Shown here: piece by piece, positions 1 through 9,799 of the stretch
Position numbering within the stretch: the stretch's first letter is position 1
How the letters are laid out: every line of letters starts with the position of its first letter
Assembly (NCBI GenBank): GCA_963782055.1
Contig: CAWAIF010000003.1
Coordinates: 4,672,001 to 4,736,000 of the forward strand
Reading direction: 5' to 3'
Origin: an uncultured delta proteobacterium
Lineage (GTDB): Bacteria > Myxococcota_A > Polyangia > Polyangiales > Polyangiaceae
DNA length: 64,000 nt
The notes under the pieces: generated by a model
Databases searched by the model: none
What the model was told of the DNA's origin: nothing
Seen by the model: the letters and a program-made list of their open reading frames with translations, nothing else
Translations under genes and position numbers: made by a program

Positions 1-1
1 G

Positions 2-553
2 GAGGAGACGGGCGTCACCCTGATGAAGATGGACGCCGGCATGGACACCGGCGACATGCTGGAGACCTGGCGCACCCCCATCGGCGACGAGGAGACGGCG
101 GGCGAGCTCTCCGTGCGCCTCTCCCGACTGGGCGCCGAGGCGGTGCGCGCCGGCCTGCCGCGGTACGTGCGCGGCGAGTACGTGCCGCGGTCGCAGGAGC
201 ACGCCCTCGCCACGACCGCGCCCATGCTGGAGAAGGCGCATGGCCGCGTCGACTGGTCGCGCCCCGCGAGGGAGGTCCACGACCTGGTGCGCGGCATGAA
301 CCCCTGGCCGATGGCGCAGACGTCCCTCGCGGGCAAGCGCGTCATCCTCCACCGCACCCGTCGCGAGGGGGCGCCCCCGCACCCCGCGAAGCCCGGCGAG
401 GTGGTGCTGGCCGACAAGACGCGCGTCCTGATCGCCTGCGGCGACGACACGATCGACCTCCTCACCGTGCAGCTCGAGGGCAAGAAGCCCATGCGAGGCG
501 CCGACTGGTACCTCGGCCGCGGCGTGAAGGAAGGGGACCTTCTCGGCTCCTGA
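2..553 (+). CDS. fmt: Methionyl-tRNA formyltransferase, 5' end outside the window
   Basis: ETGVTLMKMDAGMDTGDML motif, APMLEK..G.VDW, LVRGMNPWP, and the C-terminal VQLEGKKPM typical of Fmt. Confidence 0.93.
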   Translation, partial: EETGVTLMKMDAGMDTGDMLETWRTPIGDEETAGELSVRLSRLGAEAVRAGLPRYVRGEYVPRSQEHALATTAPMLEKAHGRVDWSRPAREVHDLVRGMNPWPMAQTSLAGKRVILHRTRREGAPPHPAKPGEVVLADKTRVLIACGDDTIDLLTVQLEGKKPMRGADWYLGRGVKEGDLLGS

Positions 554-597
554 CCTCACCCCCCAGCCCCCTCTCCACGAAGTGGAGAGGAGGAGGA
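554..597 (+). repeat. REP-like palindromic element (CCTCACCCC...CCTCTCCAC-GAA-GTGGAGAGG), probably also a terminator between convergent genes
   Basis: Hairpin ctctccac/gtggagag; related copies at ~33749-33817 and, inverted, at ~24029-24068. Confidence 0.6.
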
Positions 598-599
598 GG

Positions 600-1382
600 T
601 CACGCGCTGGGGAGGGTTGCCTGGACCTTGCCCTGGTCGAAGACCCACATCTCGCCCGGCTTCCCCTGGGTCCAGACCTCGTCGCGGGTGAGCGGCATCG
701 TCGCCACCACCGCGACGCGATCCTTCGGCGTCGTCACCTCGGCGAAGTCCACGCGCAGGTCGGCGTCGGCGAGCGTCGCCTTGCCGAAGGGCGCCTGCCG
801 GATGATGTAGCAGAGCTTGGTGGCACACCGCGCGTAGAGGTGGCGCCCGTCGCCGAGCAGGAAGTTGAAGGTGCCGCCCTCCCCGAGCATGCCGCCCACG
901 CGCGCGACCGCGGCCCAGAGCTTCGCCCGCTCCTTCGGGAAGTCGCCGAAGCGCCGCGACAGCCGGTCGAGCAGCACGCAGAAGGCGTGCTCGCTGTCGG
1001 TGTCGCCGATGGGGTGGAAGCGTCCGAGCTTGTGCCGCCGCACGTCGCGCACCGTGCCGTTGTGCGCGAACACGAACTGTCGCCCCCACAGCTCCCGCAC
1101 GAAGGGGTGGGTGTTCTCCAGCGAGACCTTCCCGCGGGTGCGCCGCCGCACGTGCGCCACCGCCAGCAGCGTCTTGATGGGGTTCTGCTGGACGTAGGTG
1201 GCGAGGGGGGAGCGCGACGCCGCCGCGGGCTCGAGGAAGGTGCGCACCGCGCGCCCCTCGTACAGGGCGAGGCCCCACCCGTCGGCGTGCGGCCCCTTGA
1301 GCCCCCCGCGCAGGGCGAGGCCGGAGAAGGAAAAGACGATGTCCGTCGGGACGTTGCACTCCATGCCCAACAGCTCGCACAT
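600..1382 (-). CDS. Class II glutamine amidotransferase (YafJ/GATase_4 family)
   Basis: N-terminal MCELLG (Cys2 nucleophile), HADGWG, NTHPF, FAHNG, GDTDSE motifs. Confidence 0.9.
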   Translation of the reverse strand: MCELLGMECNVPTDIVFSFSGLALRGGLKGPHADGWGLALYEGRAVRTFLEPAAASRSPLATYVQQNPIKTLLAVAHVRRRTRGKVSLENTHPFVRELWGRQFVFAHNGTVRDVRRHKLGRFHPIGDTDSEHAFCVLLDRLSRRFGDFPKERAKLWAAVARVGGMLGEGGTFNFLLGDGRHLYARCATKLCYIIRQAPFGKATLADADLRVDFAEVTTPKDRVAVVATMPLTRDEVWTQGKPGEMWVFDQGKVQATLPSA

Positions 1383-1530
1383 CGCCCCGAGCGTAGCGGA
1401 GGACGCAGCCCACGGCGGAGCCTTCTGCGGCCGCGCGGTGCGTGCCCGGCTACGCACTTGTCATCGACGCCGCCTCGCCGTAAAGAGCACCTCGGCGGCA
1501 CGGCCGCCCCTGGAGGCAGGGGTTTCCCCC

Positions 1531-2601
1531 ATGGAAGCGACAGCAGCACCCTTCGCGATCACAGATCCGACCGAGGCGCCCACCTACGGCGACGGGCCGA
1601 TCTCGCGCTGGTGCAAGGGCGCCCTCTACGACCCGCGCGACGAGGTCTTCGTCCGGCTGACCCTGCGCATGATCGTGCTGATGAGCGCGGCGATGGCGGC
1701 GCTCTGGGTGGTGCTTCGCCACACGCCCGTCCCCGCCTGGGCGGCGATCGCGGCGTACGTGGCGCTCTGGGGCTACTTCGCCCCGCCCGTCATCCTGATG
1801 CTCCACAACACGATGCACCGCTCCTTCATCCGCAAGCCGAAGGTGCTCGGGCGCATCCACCCCTTCGTGATGTCCTTCTTCTTCGGCATCCCGACGGGCT
1901 ACCGCGAGCACCACGTGGGCATGCACCACGTGGAGGACAACATGCAGGACGATCTGTCCTCCACGCTGCGCTACCGGCGCGACAGCTTCCTGCACTTCCT
2001 CGTCTACTTCTCCCGCTTCTTCTTCCTCATCGCGGTGGAGCTGCCGCTCTACCTGCAGCGACGCCGGCGCTACATGATGGCGCGGCGCGCGCTCTTCGGG
2101 GAGCTCGGGCACCTGTCGGTCGTGGGCCTCAGCCTCGCGCTGGACTGGCGCTTCGGCCTCGCCGCCTTCCTCCTGCCCCTCGTCATCTGCCGCTTCATGA
2201 TGATGGCGGGCAACTGGGGGCAGCACGCCTTCGTCAACACCGGGCACCGCAACAACGGGATCGCCAACTCCATCACCTGCATCAACGCCGGCTACAACCA
2301 CCGCGCCTTCAACGACGGCTACCACATCGGCCATCACCTCAAGGCCAACCGCCACTGGACGGAGATGCCGGCGGACTTCCTGGCCAACCGGGAGAAGTAC
2401 GCGCAGGAGGGGGCCATCGTCTTCGAGGGGCTGGACTTCTTCCTGGTGTCGCTGCTGCTCTGGACGGGGCAGTGGAAGGTGCTGGGGCGCCGGTACGTGC
2501 GGCTGAACGGGCCGATGAGCGACGAGGACGTGGTGGCGATGTTGAAGGAGCGCGTTCATCCGGCGAAGGCCTGGGCGGGCGAGGCGATCGGGGTGGTGTA
2601 G
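1531..2601 (+). CDS. Membrane fatty acid desaturase family protein
   Basis: Three His boxes (HNTMH, HHVGMHH, HIGHH) plus transmembrane segments. Confidence 0.88.
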   Translation: MEATAAPFAITDPTEAPTYGDGPISRWCKGALYDPRDEVFVRLTLRMIVLMSAAMAALWVVLRHTPVPAWAAIAAYVALWGYFAPPVILMLHNTMHRSFIRKPKVLGRIHPFVMSFFFGIPTGYREHHVGMHHVEDNMQDDLSSTLRYRRDSFLHFLVYFSRFFFLIAVELPLYLQRRRRYMMARRALFGELGHLSVVGLSLALDWRFGLAAFLLPLVICRFMMMAGNWGQHAFVNTGHRNNGIANSITCINAGYNHRAFNDGYHIGHHLKANRHWTEMPADFLANREKYAQEGAIVFEGLDFFLVSLLLWTGQWKVLGRRYVRLNGPMSDEDVVAMLKERVHPAKAWAGEAIGVV

Positions 2602-2605
2602 GAGG

Positions 2606-2717
2606 GGGCCCCGCCCCGCCCATGCTCGGGCCCTTCGGGCCCTGCGCGTGGGCGCCCTCCCCCGGCCCATCGCTCGCTCGGGCGGGGAGGGTTTTCTGGG
2701 CGCTGGGGCGCGGGCTG
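2606..2717 (+). repeat. ~112-bp structured direct repeat, copy 1
   Basis: Near-identical to 3898-4019; contains a GGGCC-C(TTCG)G-GCCC tetraloop hairpin. Confidence 0.9.
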
Positions 2718-2735
2718 TGAAGGGGTGGGCGGGCG

Positions 2736-3866
2736 CTACGGCAGGCCCGGGACGGGGGTGGGGGTCGCGGTTCCCGTCCAGCACTCCACGCCCGAACCGA
2801 CGATCGCGCAGCCGCCGGCGCTCACCTTCGTCGCGCCCGTCAGGCCGGGCACCGTCGCGAGCTGCGGGCCCGGCCAGAAGGCGGCGCTGCCGTCGGCGAG
2901 GCGCACCATGGCCCGCGACTCGGTCGCGTCGATCTGCTTCGCGGTGGAGACGCCGACGACCACGACGGGCGTGCCCGACTGGGTCTCTGTGGTGCCGTCG
3001 CCCAGCGCGCCGCCCGCGTTGGAGCCCCAGCAGCGCGCGGTGCCGTCCGCGAGCAGCGCGCAGTTCTCGCCCTGGCCAGACGCGATGCCGACCACGTTCG
3101 TCAGCCCCGACACCTGCACGGCCCCGCTGCTGAAGGCGTACTTGCCGTCGCCGAGCTCCCCCTCGCTGCCGGCTCCCCAGCACCACGCCGTGCCGTCCGC
3201 GAGGGCCGCGCAGGTGAATCCGTTGCCGCACCCCACCTGCACGGCGGCCGCCTGCAGCGTGACGACGCTCGGGTTCGGCGGGTTCGTGACGGGGCCGAGC
3301 TGCCCGTAGTGGTTGGAGCCCCAGCATCGCAGCGATCCGTTCGTCAGGATGGCGCACGTGTGTCCGGAGCCGGTGGTCACCTGCGTGGCCCCCGTCACCG
3401 TCGGGACCTGGAGCGGCACGAGGCTGCGGTTGGTCGTGCCGTCGCCGAGGACGCCGTTGTAGTTGTTGCCCCAGCACATGACCGCGCCGCCCGTGACGAC
3501 GGCGCATGTGTGGGTCCCCTTCGCCGAGACGGCGATCGCGCCGGTGACGCCCGGCACGTCGATGGGCGTCGGGCGGGGCGTGGTCGTGCCGTCGCCGAGC
3601 TGACCCTGATCGTTGGCACCCCAGCAGCGGAGACGGCCGTCGGTCGAGACGGCGCAGGCGTGGCCGCCGCTGGAGGAGACGTCGATGATGGGCGCTGACG
3701 GTCCGCTGTCGGTCGCGTCGGGCGACGCCGCGTCGGAGGGTCCGGGCGCGTCGCCGGCCGCGTCGGTCGTCGCGCCCGCGTCACCCCCATCTGCCCCGGT
3801 GTCGGGGGAGGAGCCGCTGCCGCATCCGATCAGCACGAGGAGGGGGAGCAGGGGGGAGAGGCGCAC
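2736..3866 (-). CDS. RCC1-repeat (beta-propeller) lipoprotein
   Basis: Lipobox LIGC, low-complexity linker, repeated HxCA..xG.xxCWG.NxxGQLG units. Confidence 0.9.
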   Translation of the reverse strand: MRLSPLLPLLVLIGCGSGSSPDTGADGGDAGATTDAAGDAPGPSDAASPDATDSGPSAPIIDVSSSGGHACAVSTDGRLRCWGANDQGQLGDGTTTPRPTPIDVPGVTGAIAVSAKGTHTCAVVTGGAVMCWGNNYNGVLGDGTTNRSLVPLQVPTVTGATQVTTGSGHTCAILTNGSLRCWGSNHYGQLGPVTNPPNPSVVTLQAAAVQVGCGNGFTCAALADGTAWCWGAGSEGELGDGKYAFSSGAVQVSGLTNVVGIASGQGENCALLADGTARCWGSNAGGALGDGTTETQSGTPVVVVGVSTAKQIDATESRAMVRLADGSAAFWPGPQLATVPGLTGATKVSAGGCAIVGSGVECWTGTATPTPVPGLP

Positions 3867-3897
3867 GAGGGGTCACGGTAGCATGCGGGGGGGGGGA

Positions 3898-4019
3898 GGG
3901 CCCCGCCCCGCCCATGCTCGGGCCCTTCGGGCCCTGCGCGTGGGCGCCCTCCCCCGGCCCATCGCTCGCTCACGCTCGCTCGGGCGGGGAGGGTTTTCTG
4001 GGCGCTGGGGCGCGGGCTG
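3898..4019 (+). repeat. ~122-bp structured direct repeat, copy 2 (10-bp internal insertion CACGCTCGCT)
   Basis: Matches 2606-2717 apart from the insertion. Confidence 0.9.
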
Positions 4020-4083
4020 GGGACGGGAGGGGACGGTGGGGACTGGGCCCGCGAGCGGCCTCCGCAGGGGAGACGGGACGAGC

Positions 4084-4218
4084 GAGGGCGCTTCGTGCGG
4101 TGCCACGCCGGAGCGGCGGAAGAGTCCCGCCAGCCTTCCGGCGGGGCGGTGGGGGCTTCACTGCGGCGGTCATGACTCTTCCGCCTCGGGAGGGCATGGC
4201 ACCGCACGAAGCACCCTC
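4084..4218. other. Long nested inverted repeat (MITE-like element or structured RNA)
   Basis: Outer arms 4084-4109 and 4193-4218 match at 24/26; inner arms 4115-4126 and 4174-4185 are perfect 12-bp complements. Confidence 0.7.
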
Positions 4219-4395
4219 TCTGTTCTTCCTGACCCATCATGCGCGGCGGATGCGGCGGGAGGACTCGATGAGCGCGGCAGGCGTACCGGGTTCCCCGAAG
4301 GGAGAGCCCGCGACGCGCGCGCGGACGGGGAGCCTGTCTGGACCACGCTGCGCGGGCCGTCGATGGACCGCATGCGCGTTAGAGTTGGAGGGGCG

Positions 4396-5154
4396 ATGGG
4401 ATGGACCTCCGAGCGGAAGCTGCGGGCGGCGATCGACGGGCCGCTCGGGCCCATGTCGACGCGCCCCGACACGCGCGTCGTCGCGCGGGAGGGATGGTTT
4501 CAGCGGATCACGCCGTCGGCGCCCGGCAGCCACCTCAACGAGGTCCTCGTCTCCGTCGTGGACGAGGGCGACGCCGAGCGCGTCATCGAGGAGGTGGTGA
4601 CCGAGTACCGCGCGCTCGGCAAGCCGACGAAGTGGTGCACCGGCCCGTGGACGCGCCCGGCCGACTTCGGCGAGCGGCTCCTGCGGCGCGGCTTCCGCGG
4701 CTGGGGGACGCGCGGCATGGGCCGCGCCACCGACGCGCCCATCGCGCCCGGCGCGGCGCGGGTGCGTCTCGTGGAGACGGAGGCCGACCTGGACGCGTAC
4801 CTCCGCACGAGCCGCCTCGCCTGGTCCATCGACGACGACAATCTCGAGCCCACCCGCGCGGCGTACCGCGAGATCCTCGGCACGCTCCTCTTTCTCTTCG
4901 TCGCGGAGGACGCCGGGACGAGCGGCCTGCTGCTGCGCGAGGACCACGCGTACCTGGTCGGCGGCGCGGTGACGGAGGCGGCGCGCGGGCGTGGCCTCTA
5001 CCGCGCGCTCGTCGCCGCCCGCCAGGCGTTCCTTCGCGACCGCGGCGTCGAGTACGCGGTCACCCACGCGCGCGAGGCGACGTCGGCCCCGATGCTCGAG
5101 CACCTCGGCTTCGAGACTCTGTACCGTGGGGCGTGCTACCAGCTCGACGTCTGA
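4396..5154 (+). CDS. GNAT family N-acetyltransferase
   Basis: GGAGG RBS before ATG; acetyl-CoA motif V...ARGRGLYRAL and C-terminal LEHLGF. Confidence 0.85.
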   Translation: MGWTSERKLRAAIDGPLGPMSTRPDTRVVAREGWFQRITPSAPGSHLNEVLVSVVDEGDAERVIEEVVTEYRALGKPTKWCTGPWTRPADFGERLLRRGFRGWGTRGMGRATDAPIAPGAARVRLVETEADLDAYLRTSRLAWSIDDDNLEPTRAAYREILGTLLFLFVAEDAGTSGLLLREDHAYLVGGAVTEAARGRGLYRALVAARQAFLRDRGVEYAVTHAREATSAPMLEHLGFETLYRGACYQLDV

Positions 5155-5275
5155 CGGGCGGGGCGCCTTCGGCGACGCTCGCGCCCGCGACGCGATCAAC
5201 GTTCGCGCTCACTGGCGCTAGAGGTGCACCGGCCGGGGCGGTGGACGCGTCACGCGACCCGCGGGTGACTGGCGC

Positions 5276-5653
5276 TCAGCGTGCGAAGGCGATGACGTGG
5301 CCGTCGGGATCGAAGAGGTACGCGACGCTCGCGCCCCAGTCGCGCGGCTGGAGCTCGCTGATCATCCTCGCGCCCGCGGCGAGGGCGCGCGCCACGTGGG
5401 CCTCCGGCTCGGCCACGACGAGGTAGATCTCGGCGCGCGGCGCGCTGCTCGCGCGGGAGGGATCGACGGCGTCGCCGAGCAGCCGCGCGATGCCGCGCTC
5501 GGGCATGAGGCCGAGCACGCAGCCGCCGAGGTCGAACTCGGTCATGCCGGGCACGTCCAGCGACGGGGCGACGTCGAGGACACGGCGGTAGAAGTCGCGG
5601 CTCGCCTCCTGATCGCGGACGTAGAAGATGAAGTGCGCGCGCGACACGGTCAT
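5276..5653 (-). CDS. VOC/glyoxalase family protein
   Basis: IFYVRDQEASRDFY ... PRDWGASVAYLFDPDGHVIAF. Confidence 0.85.
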   Translation of the reverse strand: MTVSRAHFIFYVRDQEASRDFYRRVLDVAPSLDVPGMTEFDLGGCVLGLMPERGIARLLGDAVDPSRASSAPRAEIYLVVAEPEAHVARALAAGARMISELQPRDWGASVAYLFDPDGHVIAFAR

Positions 5654-5759
5654 CCCGCGACGTTCGCACGGATCGGACGAAAGGTCGCGCGCGCGCCGGT
5701 GACTGAGGTCAGAAAGAAGGTCCCCTTCGCCCGGCGCGTCGCCGCCCCCAAGAAGGTCT

Positions 5760-6079
5760 GGAAGCGTGTACGCCCAGGCGACCGTCTCGAGCCGATCGAG
5801 CAAGGACCATCGAAGCTTCGTGGCCTTCGACGAGTTGCATGGCGGACCCGAGATCCCCAGAGCCCCTCCGCCACTCTCGCCTAGCATCAGTCGAGCGACG
5901 GTCGCCTTGTCGGACCTCGGTGGGATCTCAATCTGGAGAAGAAAGGGCGTCACGGTCTGATCCGAGAGCAGGATGCACGTCCCCACCAACTCGGCCGCTG
6001 CAGGCCCAGTCTTGATGGCTCGCTCCGTGAAGAACCCGTCCAGGCCTTCTCCCCTCCATTCGGAATGGTGCTCGCTCAA
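5760..6079 (-). pseudogene. Possible fragment of a hypothetical gene, in frame with the downstream VOC gene
   Basis: Protein-like sequence (EWRGEGLDG...LVGTCILLSDQTVTPF) in a visibly lower-GC patch; no clear start or RBS. Confidence 0.3.
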
Positions 6080-6191
6080 GAGTGCCGGAAGAAGGCGGCC
6101 GAGCGCGGGTCTTCATGGAGGGCTCACCTCCCTTTGCACAGAGGCTACCACCAGGCGTGGACGCCACTCGCCAAGGTGGTAGAGACCCGCC

Positions 6192-7343
6192 ATGGGCGAG
6201 CCCCGGGGGCACAACCTTCTTCGCGTGGCAGCCGCCGCCGGCGCCGCCGCCCTGGTTGTGGTCGGCTGCGGCGGGGAGGTCGCGCCTGCCGCGGTCGACG
6301 CCGGCTCCGGCGTCACCGACGCGGGCACGCCGCACGTCGTGGACGCGGGGAGCGCCGACGCCGAGCTTCCGTGCGATGCGAGCGGGACGTGTCCCCCGCC
6401 GCCGGTGGTGATCGCGACCAACCAGACGCCGGACCTCGTCGCAGTGGACGGGACCAACGTGTACTGGACGAGCACCGGCCTGGGCACGGCGCGCATCTCC
6501 TTCTGTGCGGTCGGAGGGTGCAATGACACCCCGACCGTCCTGTGGTCGTGGAGCTATTTCTCCGCCGTTGGTCTCGCGGTGGTCGGGCCCGGCGTCTACT
6601 TCCCGGCAGGCACCCAGTACGTCGCCACGTGCGCGGTGGCCGGGTGCAACAACACCCCGACCAACCTCGTCTCCACGCTGAGCGAGAACATCACCGGCTT
6701 CGCGGCGGACCAGACGCGCGTCTACTGGGCGGGCTCCGGAGGCGGCGTGCAGTCGTGCGACCTCGCGGGGTGCGACGGCGTCCCGACGACGCTCGGTGCC
6801 TCGCCTCAGGGCTTCTACCTCGGCCTCGCCGTGGGTCCCACGCGCGTCTTCTGGTCGGACGCGACCAAGATCCTGGCCTGCCCGAAGACCGGCTGCGCGG
6901 GGCCGCCGACGGTGCTCGCCTCCGGGCGCGTCGGGCCGTGGTCCGTCGCGACCGACGGGAAGAACGTGTACTGGATCGAGCTGGGCAAGGCGAACGGTGG
7001 GGGCAAGATCCCCCTCCAGGACTACTCCGACGGCGCCGTCCTCTCGTGCGCGGTCACCGGCTGCAACGACTCGCCGACGGTCCTCGCGTCCTACCCCACG
7101 TGGCGCGGCGGCAACGCCATCGCCGCCGACGCCTCGGGCGTCTACTGGTCGACGGACGACGCGAGCGGCACCCTCCGCCAAATCGTCGGGTGCGCCGCCG
7201 GTGGTTGCGGCGGGCACCCGAAGGTCTACGCGACGACGAGCTCCACCCCGAACTGGCCCGCCACGCGCGGCGTCGCGGTGGACGCGACGAACGTGTACTG
7301 GACCAATCGCGGGCTGGGGGAGGTGCTCACTGCGCCGAAGTGA
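6192..7343 (+). CDS. Lipoprotein with repeated VAVDxxxVYW beta-propeller units and paired Cys
   Basis: Lipobox VVGC; repeated AVDGTNVYWT-like blades each with a C-x4-C pair. Confidence 0.8.
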   Translation: MGEPRGHNLLRVAAAAGAAALVVVGCGGEVAPAAVDAGSGVTDAGTPHVVDAGSADAELPCDASGTCPPPPVVIATNQTPDLVAVDGTNVYWTSTGLGTARISFCAVGGCNDTPTVLWSWSYFSAVGLAVVGPGVYFPAGTQYVATCAVAGCNNTPTNLVSTLSENITGFAADQTRVYWAGSGGGVQSCDLAGCDGVPTTLGASPQGFYLGLAVGPTRVFWSDATKILACPKTGCAGPPTVLASGRVGPWSVATDGKNVYWIELGKANGGGKIPLQDYSDGAVLSCAVTGCNDSPTVLASYPTWRGGNAIAADASGVYWSTDDASGTLRQIVGCAAGGCGGHPKVYATTSSTPNWPATRGVAVDATNVYWTNRGLGEVLTAPK

Positions 7344-7467
7344 GCGCGACCCGCTCGCGAAGCAGCACGCCCCGACACGACCGGCGGCATGCGGGTGCCT
7401 CACCCGGAGGCCAAAGTGAATTCGGCGGCTTCCCCTTGGTTCGCGTTCGCGAATCGCGACCGCTCAT

Positions 7468-8325
7468 TTAGAAGTCGACGCGCAGCGAGCCGGCCGCGCC
7501 GTCCGGGGTGGGGCCGAACCCCACCGTGGCGGTCGGGTGACCTTCGTGGCCGCCCGGCCGCGCGATGAAGAGCCACGTGGCCACCGCGGCCGCCACGACG
7601 CCCACGCCGAGCAGGACGTCCGAGACGATGAGCTCGGTGTTCACGGCGGAGACGTCACCGTGGACGCAGCGCGGCGCGCACGTCGAGCGCAGGGCGTCGG
7701 CCGTCGACTTCGCGTCGATGCCGGTGCCGACGGCGGCGGCGACCGCCGCGACGCTGACGCCCGAGGCCAGGATCGCCGGCCAGAGCGGTCCACGCGCGCG
7801 GCCGGCGGGCGTGCTCGAGGGCGCGGCCGGCGTCGCCGTCGGCTTCGCGGTGCCCGCGGCGAAGCGCACGTCGACCAGCCGGTTCTTCTCGGCCACGCGG
7901 ATGACGAGATGCTGCTCGACGGGGGGCAGCGAGCCGTGCGTGTAGCGCAGCGTGTGCTCGCCCGGGTCGACGGCGAGCGCCTGTCCGTTCAGGCGATCGA
8001 CCAGCGGCTTGCCGTCGACCTCGACGCGCACGTCGGCGAGGTCGGCGCCGCTCGCGTCGCGCGCCGCGATGACGATCGTGGGCTGGGCGGACTCGATGCC
8101 GGACAGGATCCTCGTGCACTCGTCGCGCACGAAGCCCGGGCACTCCTCCCGTGCGCAGACGAGCGCCTGCTGCTTGGCGCCGGCGAGCTTGTCGTCCTTG
8201 CGGAGGTATTGCGCCTTCTCGAACGCCGCGGCGCATTCCTCGTGCGTGGTGGTGGTCTCGTCGGCCAGCGCGGGGAGCGCCGCCAGGACGCCCGCCACGA
8301 CGACGACGACCGCGCGCGCCCTCAC
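7468..8325 (-). CDS. Secreted/membrane hypothetical protein (Cys-rich helical N-domain, PEGA-like middle, C-terminal TM)
   Basis: GTGA overlap with the kinase stop; signal peptide; VDGKPL..VDPGEH PEGA-like motif. Confidence 0.7.
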   Translation of the reverse strand: MRARAVVVVVAGVLAALPALADETTTTHEECAAAFEKAQYLRKDDKLAGAKQQALVCAREECPGFVRDECTRILSGIESAQPTIVIAARDASGADLADVRVEVDGKPLVDRLNGQALAVDPGEHTLRYTHGSLPPVEQHLVIRVAEKNRLVDVRFAAGTAKPTATPAAPSSTPAGRARGPLWPAILASGVSVAAVAAAVGTGIDAKSTADALRSTCAPRCVHGDVSAVNTELIVSDVLLGVGVVAAAVATWLFIARPGGHEGHPTATVGFGPTPDGAAGSLRVDF

Positions 8326-9734
8326 AGGCACTCCGGCTTGATGTGCTTGATGCCGCTGGAGTCGACGTAGAACGGCTCGCGGCACGCGTTGCGCGTCGAG
8401 TGGACAGCGGCCTTGTGGTGCACGGCCGGGGCGGCGTGCGTCGCGGCGACCGTGGCGCTGGGCGTCGCGCTCGCAGGTGGAGGCGCCGGCTTGTCGACGT
8501 ACACCGTGACCGTCTCGGGCGGGGGCGGGGCGACGGGGGCGGCCGGGGTCGATGCGGCCGCCGACGCCGCGGACGCTGCCGGCGCGGCATCGTGCCCCCC
8601 GAAGACCCTCGCGCCGATCGCCACGGCCGCGATCACCACCGCGACCGCGACCGCCGCGCCGCCGAGGACGAGCGCGCTCCGGCCGCCCGTTCGCCGGACC
8701 GCGGAGCGCGCGGACGCGTCGTCGCCCGTCGCGGCGTCTTCGCGCGCGAAGACGTTCGAGCGGCTCTCGATCTCGTGGACACGCGCGACGCGCGCTTCGA
8801 TCGCGTCGTGCGCGACCGACTCGACCCACGCGCCCACCTCCGAGGCGGTCGCGAGCGGGGAGGCCTTCTCGATCGCGAGCGCCATGTCCCGCGCCGTCTG
8901 GAACCGGTCCGCCGGATCGCGAGAGAGAGCGCACATGCAGATGACGTCGAGCTCCTCCGGCACGCTCGGGGTCACGTCGCGAGGCCGCTGCACCTCGGCG
9001 GCGAGGATCTTCGCCATCACGCGCGCGTCGGTCGCGCCGGCGAAGAGCCGCGTGCTCGTCAGCGCCTCCCACAGGACGACGCCCGCCGAAAAGACGTCGG
9101 CGCGTCGGTCGACCACGTCGCTCGAGAGCTGCTCGGGCGCCATGTACGACACCTTGCCCTTCACCTGGCCGTCACGCGTCGACTGCGAGCGCTGCGTGGC
9201 CTTCGCGACGCCGAAGTCGAGCAGGCGCGCGACGCCGTCGACGCCGACGATGATGTTCTGCGGCGAGACGTCGCGGTGCACGATGTCGAGCGGCTCGCCC
9301 TTCTCGCCGCGCGCCTCGTGCGCCGCGTGGAGCCCGTGGAGCACGCCCGTGAGGATGCCGGCGACGATCGGGAAGGGGACGATCTGCTGCGCGGCGCGCG
9401 TCCGGCGCACGAGCTTGGAGAGCGCCTCGCCCTGCACGTACTCCATCACGAGCAGGAGCTCGTCGTCGGCCTGCACCACGTCGAGCGTCGGCACCACGTT
9501 CGGATGGCGGATGCGCGCGACGAGGCGCGCCTCGTCGAGAAACATGGCGACGAACTCGGCGTCCTTGGCGTACTGCGTGTGCAGGCGCTTGATGGCGACC
9601 GTGCGCGAGAACCCGACGGGCCCGAGGAGGCGCCCGAGGTGAACCGTCGCCATGCCGCCTGACGCGATCTCGTCGTACAGCGCGTACCGACCTACGGTCC
9701 TCCCCGACGATGCAGAGAGTGGCTCGGAGCCCAT
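8322..9734 (-). CDS. Membrane Ser/Thr protein kinase
   Basis: IASGGMATV, VAIK, HRDVSPQN, DFG, YMAPE; TM helix and Pro/Ala-rich tail ending in C...IKPECL. Confidence 0.93.
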   Translation of the reverse strand: MGSEPLSASSGRTVGRYALYDEIASGGMATVHLGRLLGPVGFSRTVAIKRLHTQYAKDAEFVAMFLDEARLVARIRHPNVVPTLDVVQADDELLLVMEYVQGEALSKLVRRTRAAQQIVPFPIVAGILTGVLHGLHAAHEARGEKGEPLDIVHRDVSPQNIIVGVDGVARLLDFGVAKATQRSQSTRDGQVKGKVSYMAPEQLSSDVVDRRADVFSAGVVLWEALTSTRLFAGATDARVMAKILAAEVQRPRDVTPSVPEELDVICMCALSRDPADRFQTARDMALAIEKASPLATASEVGAWVESVAHDAIEARVARVHEIESRSNVFAREDAATGDDASARSAVRRTGGRSALVLGGAAVAVAVVIAAVAIGARVFGGHDAAPAASAASAAASTPAAPVAPPPPETVTVYVDKPAPPPASATPSATVAATHAAPAVHHKAAVHSTRNACREPFYVDSSGIKHIKPECL

Positions 9735-9799
9735 TCGATATCAACGTATCGGTTTTTCGCGACGCGTGCACCGGCATTTCTGGTAATCTCAAGTGGCCC

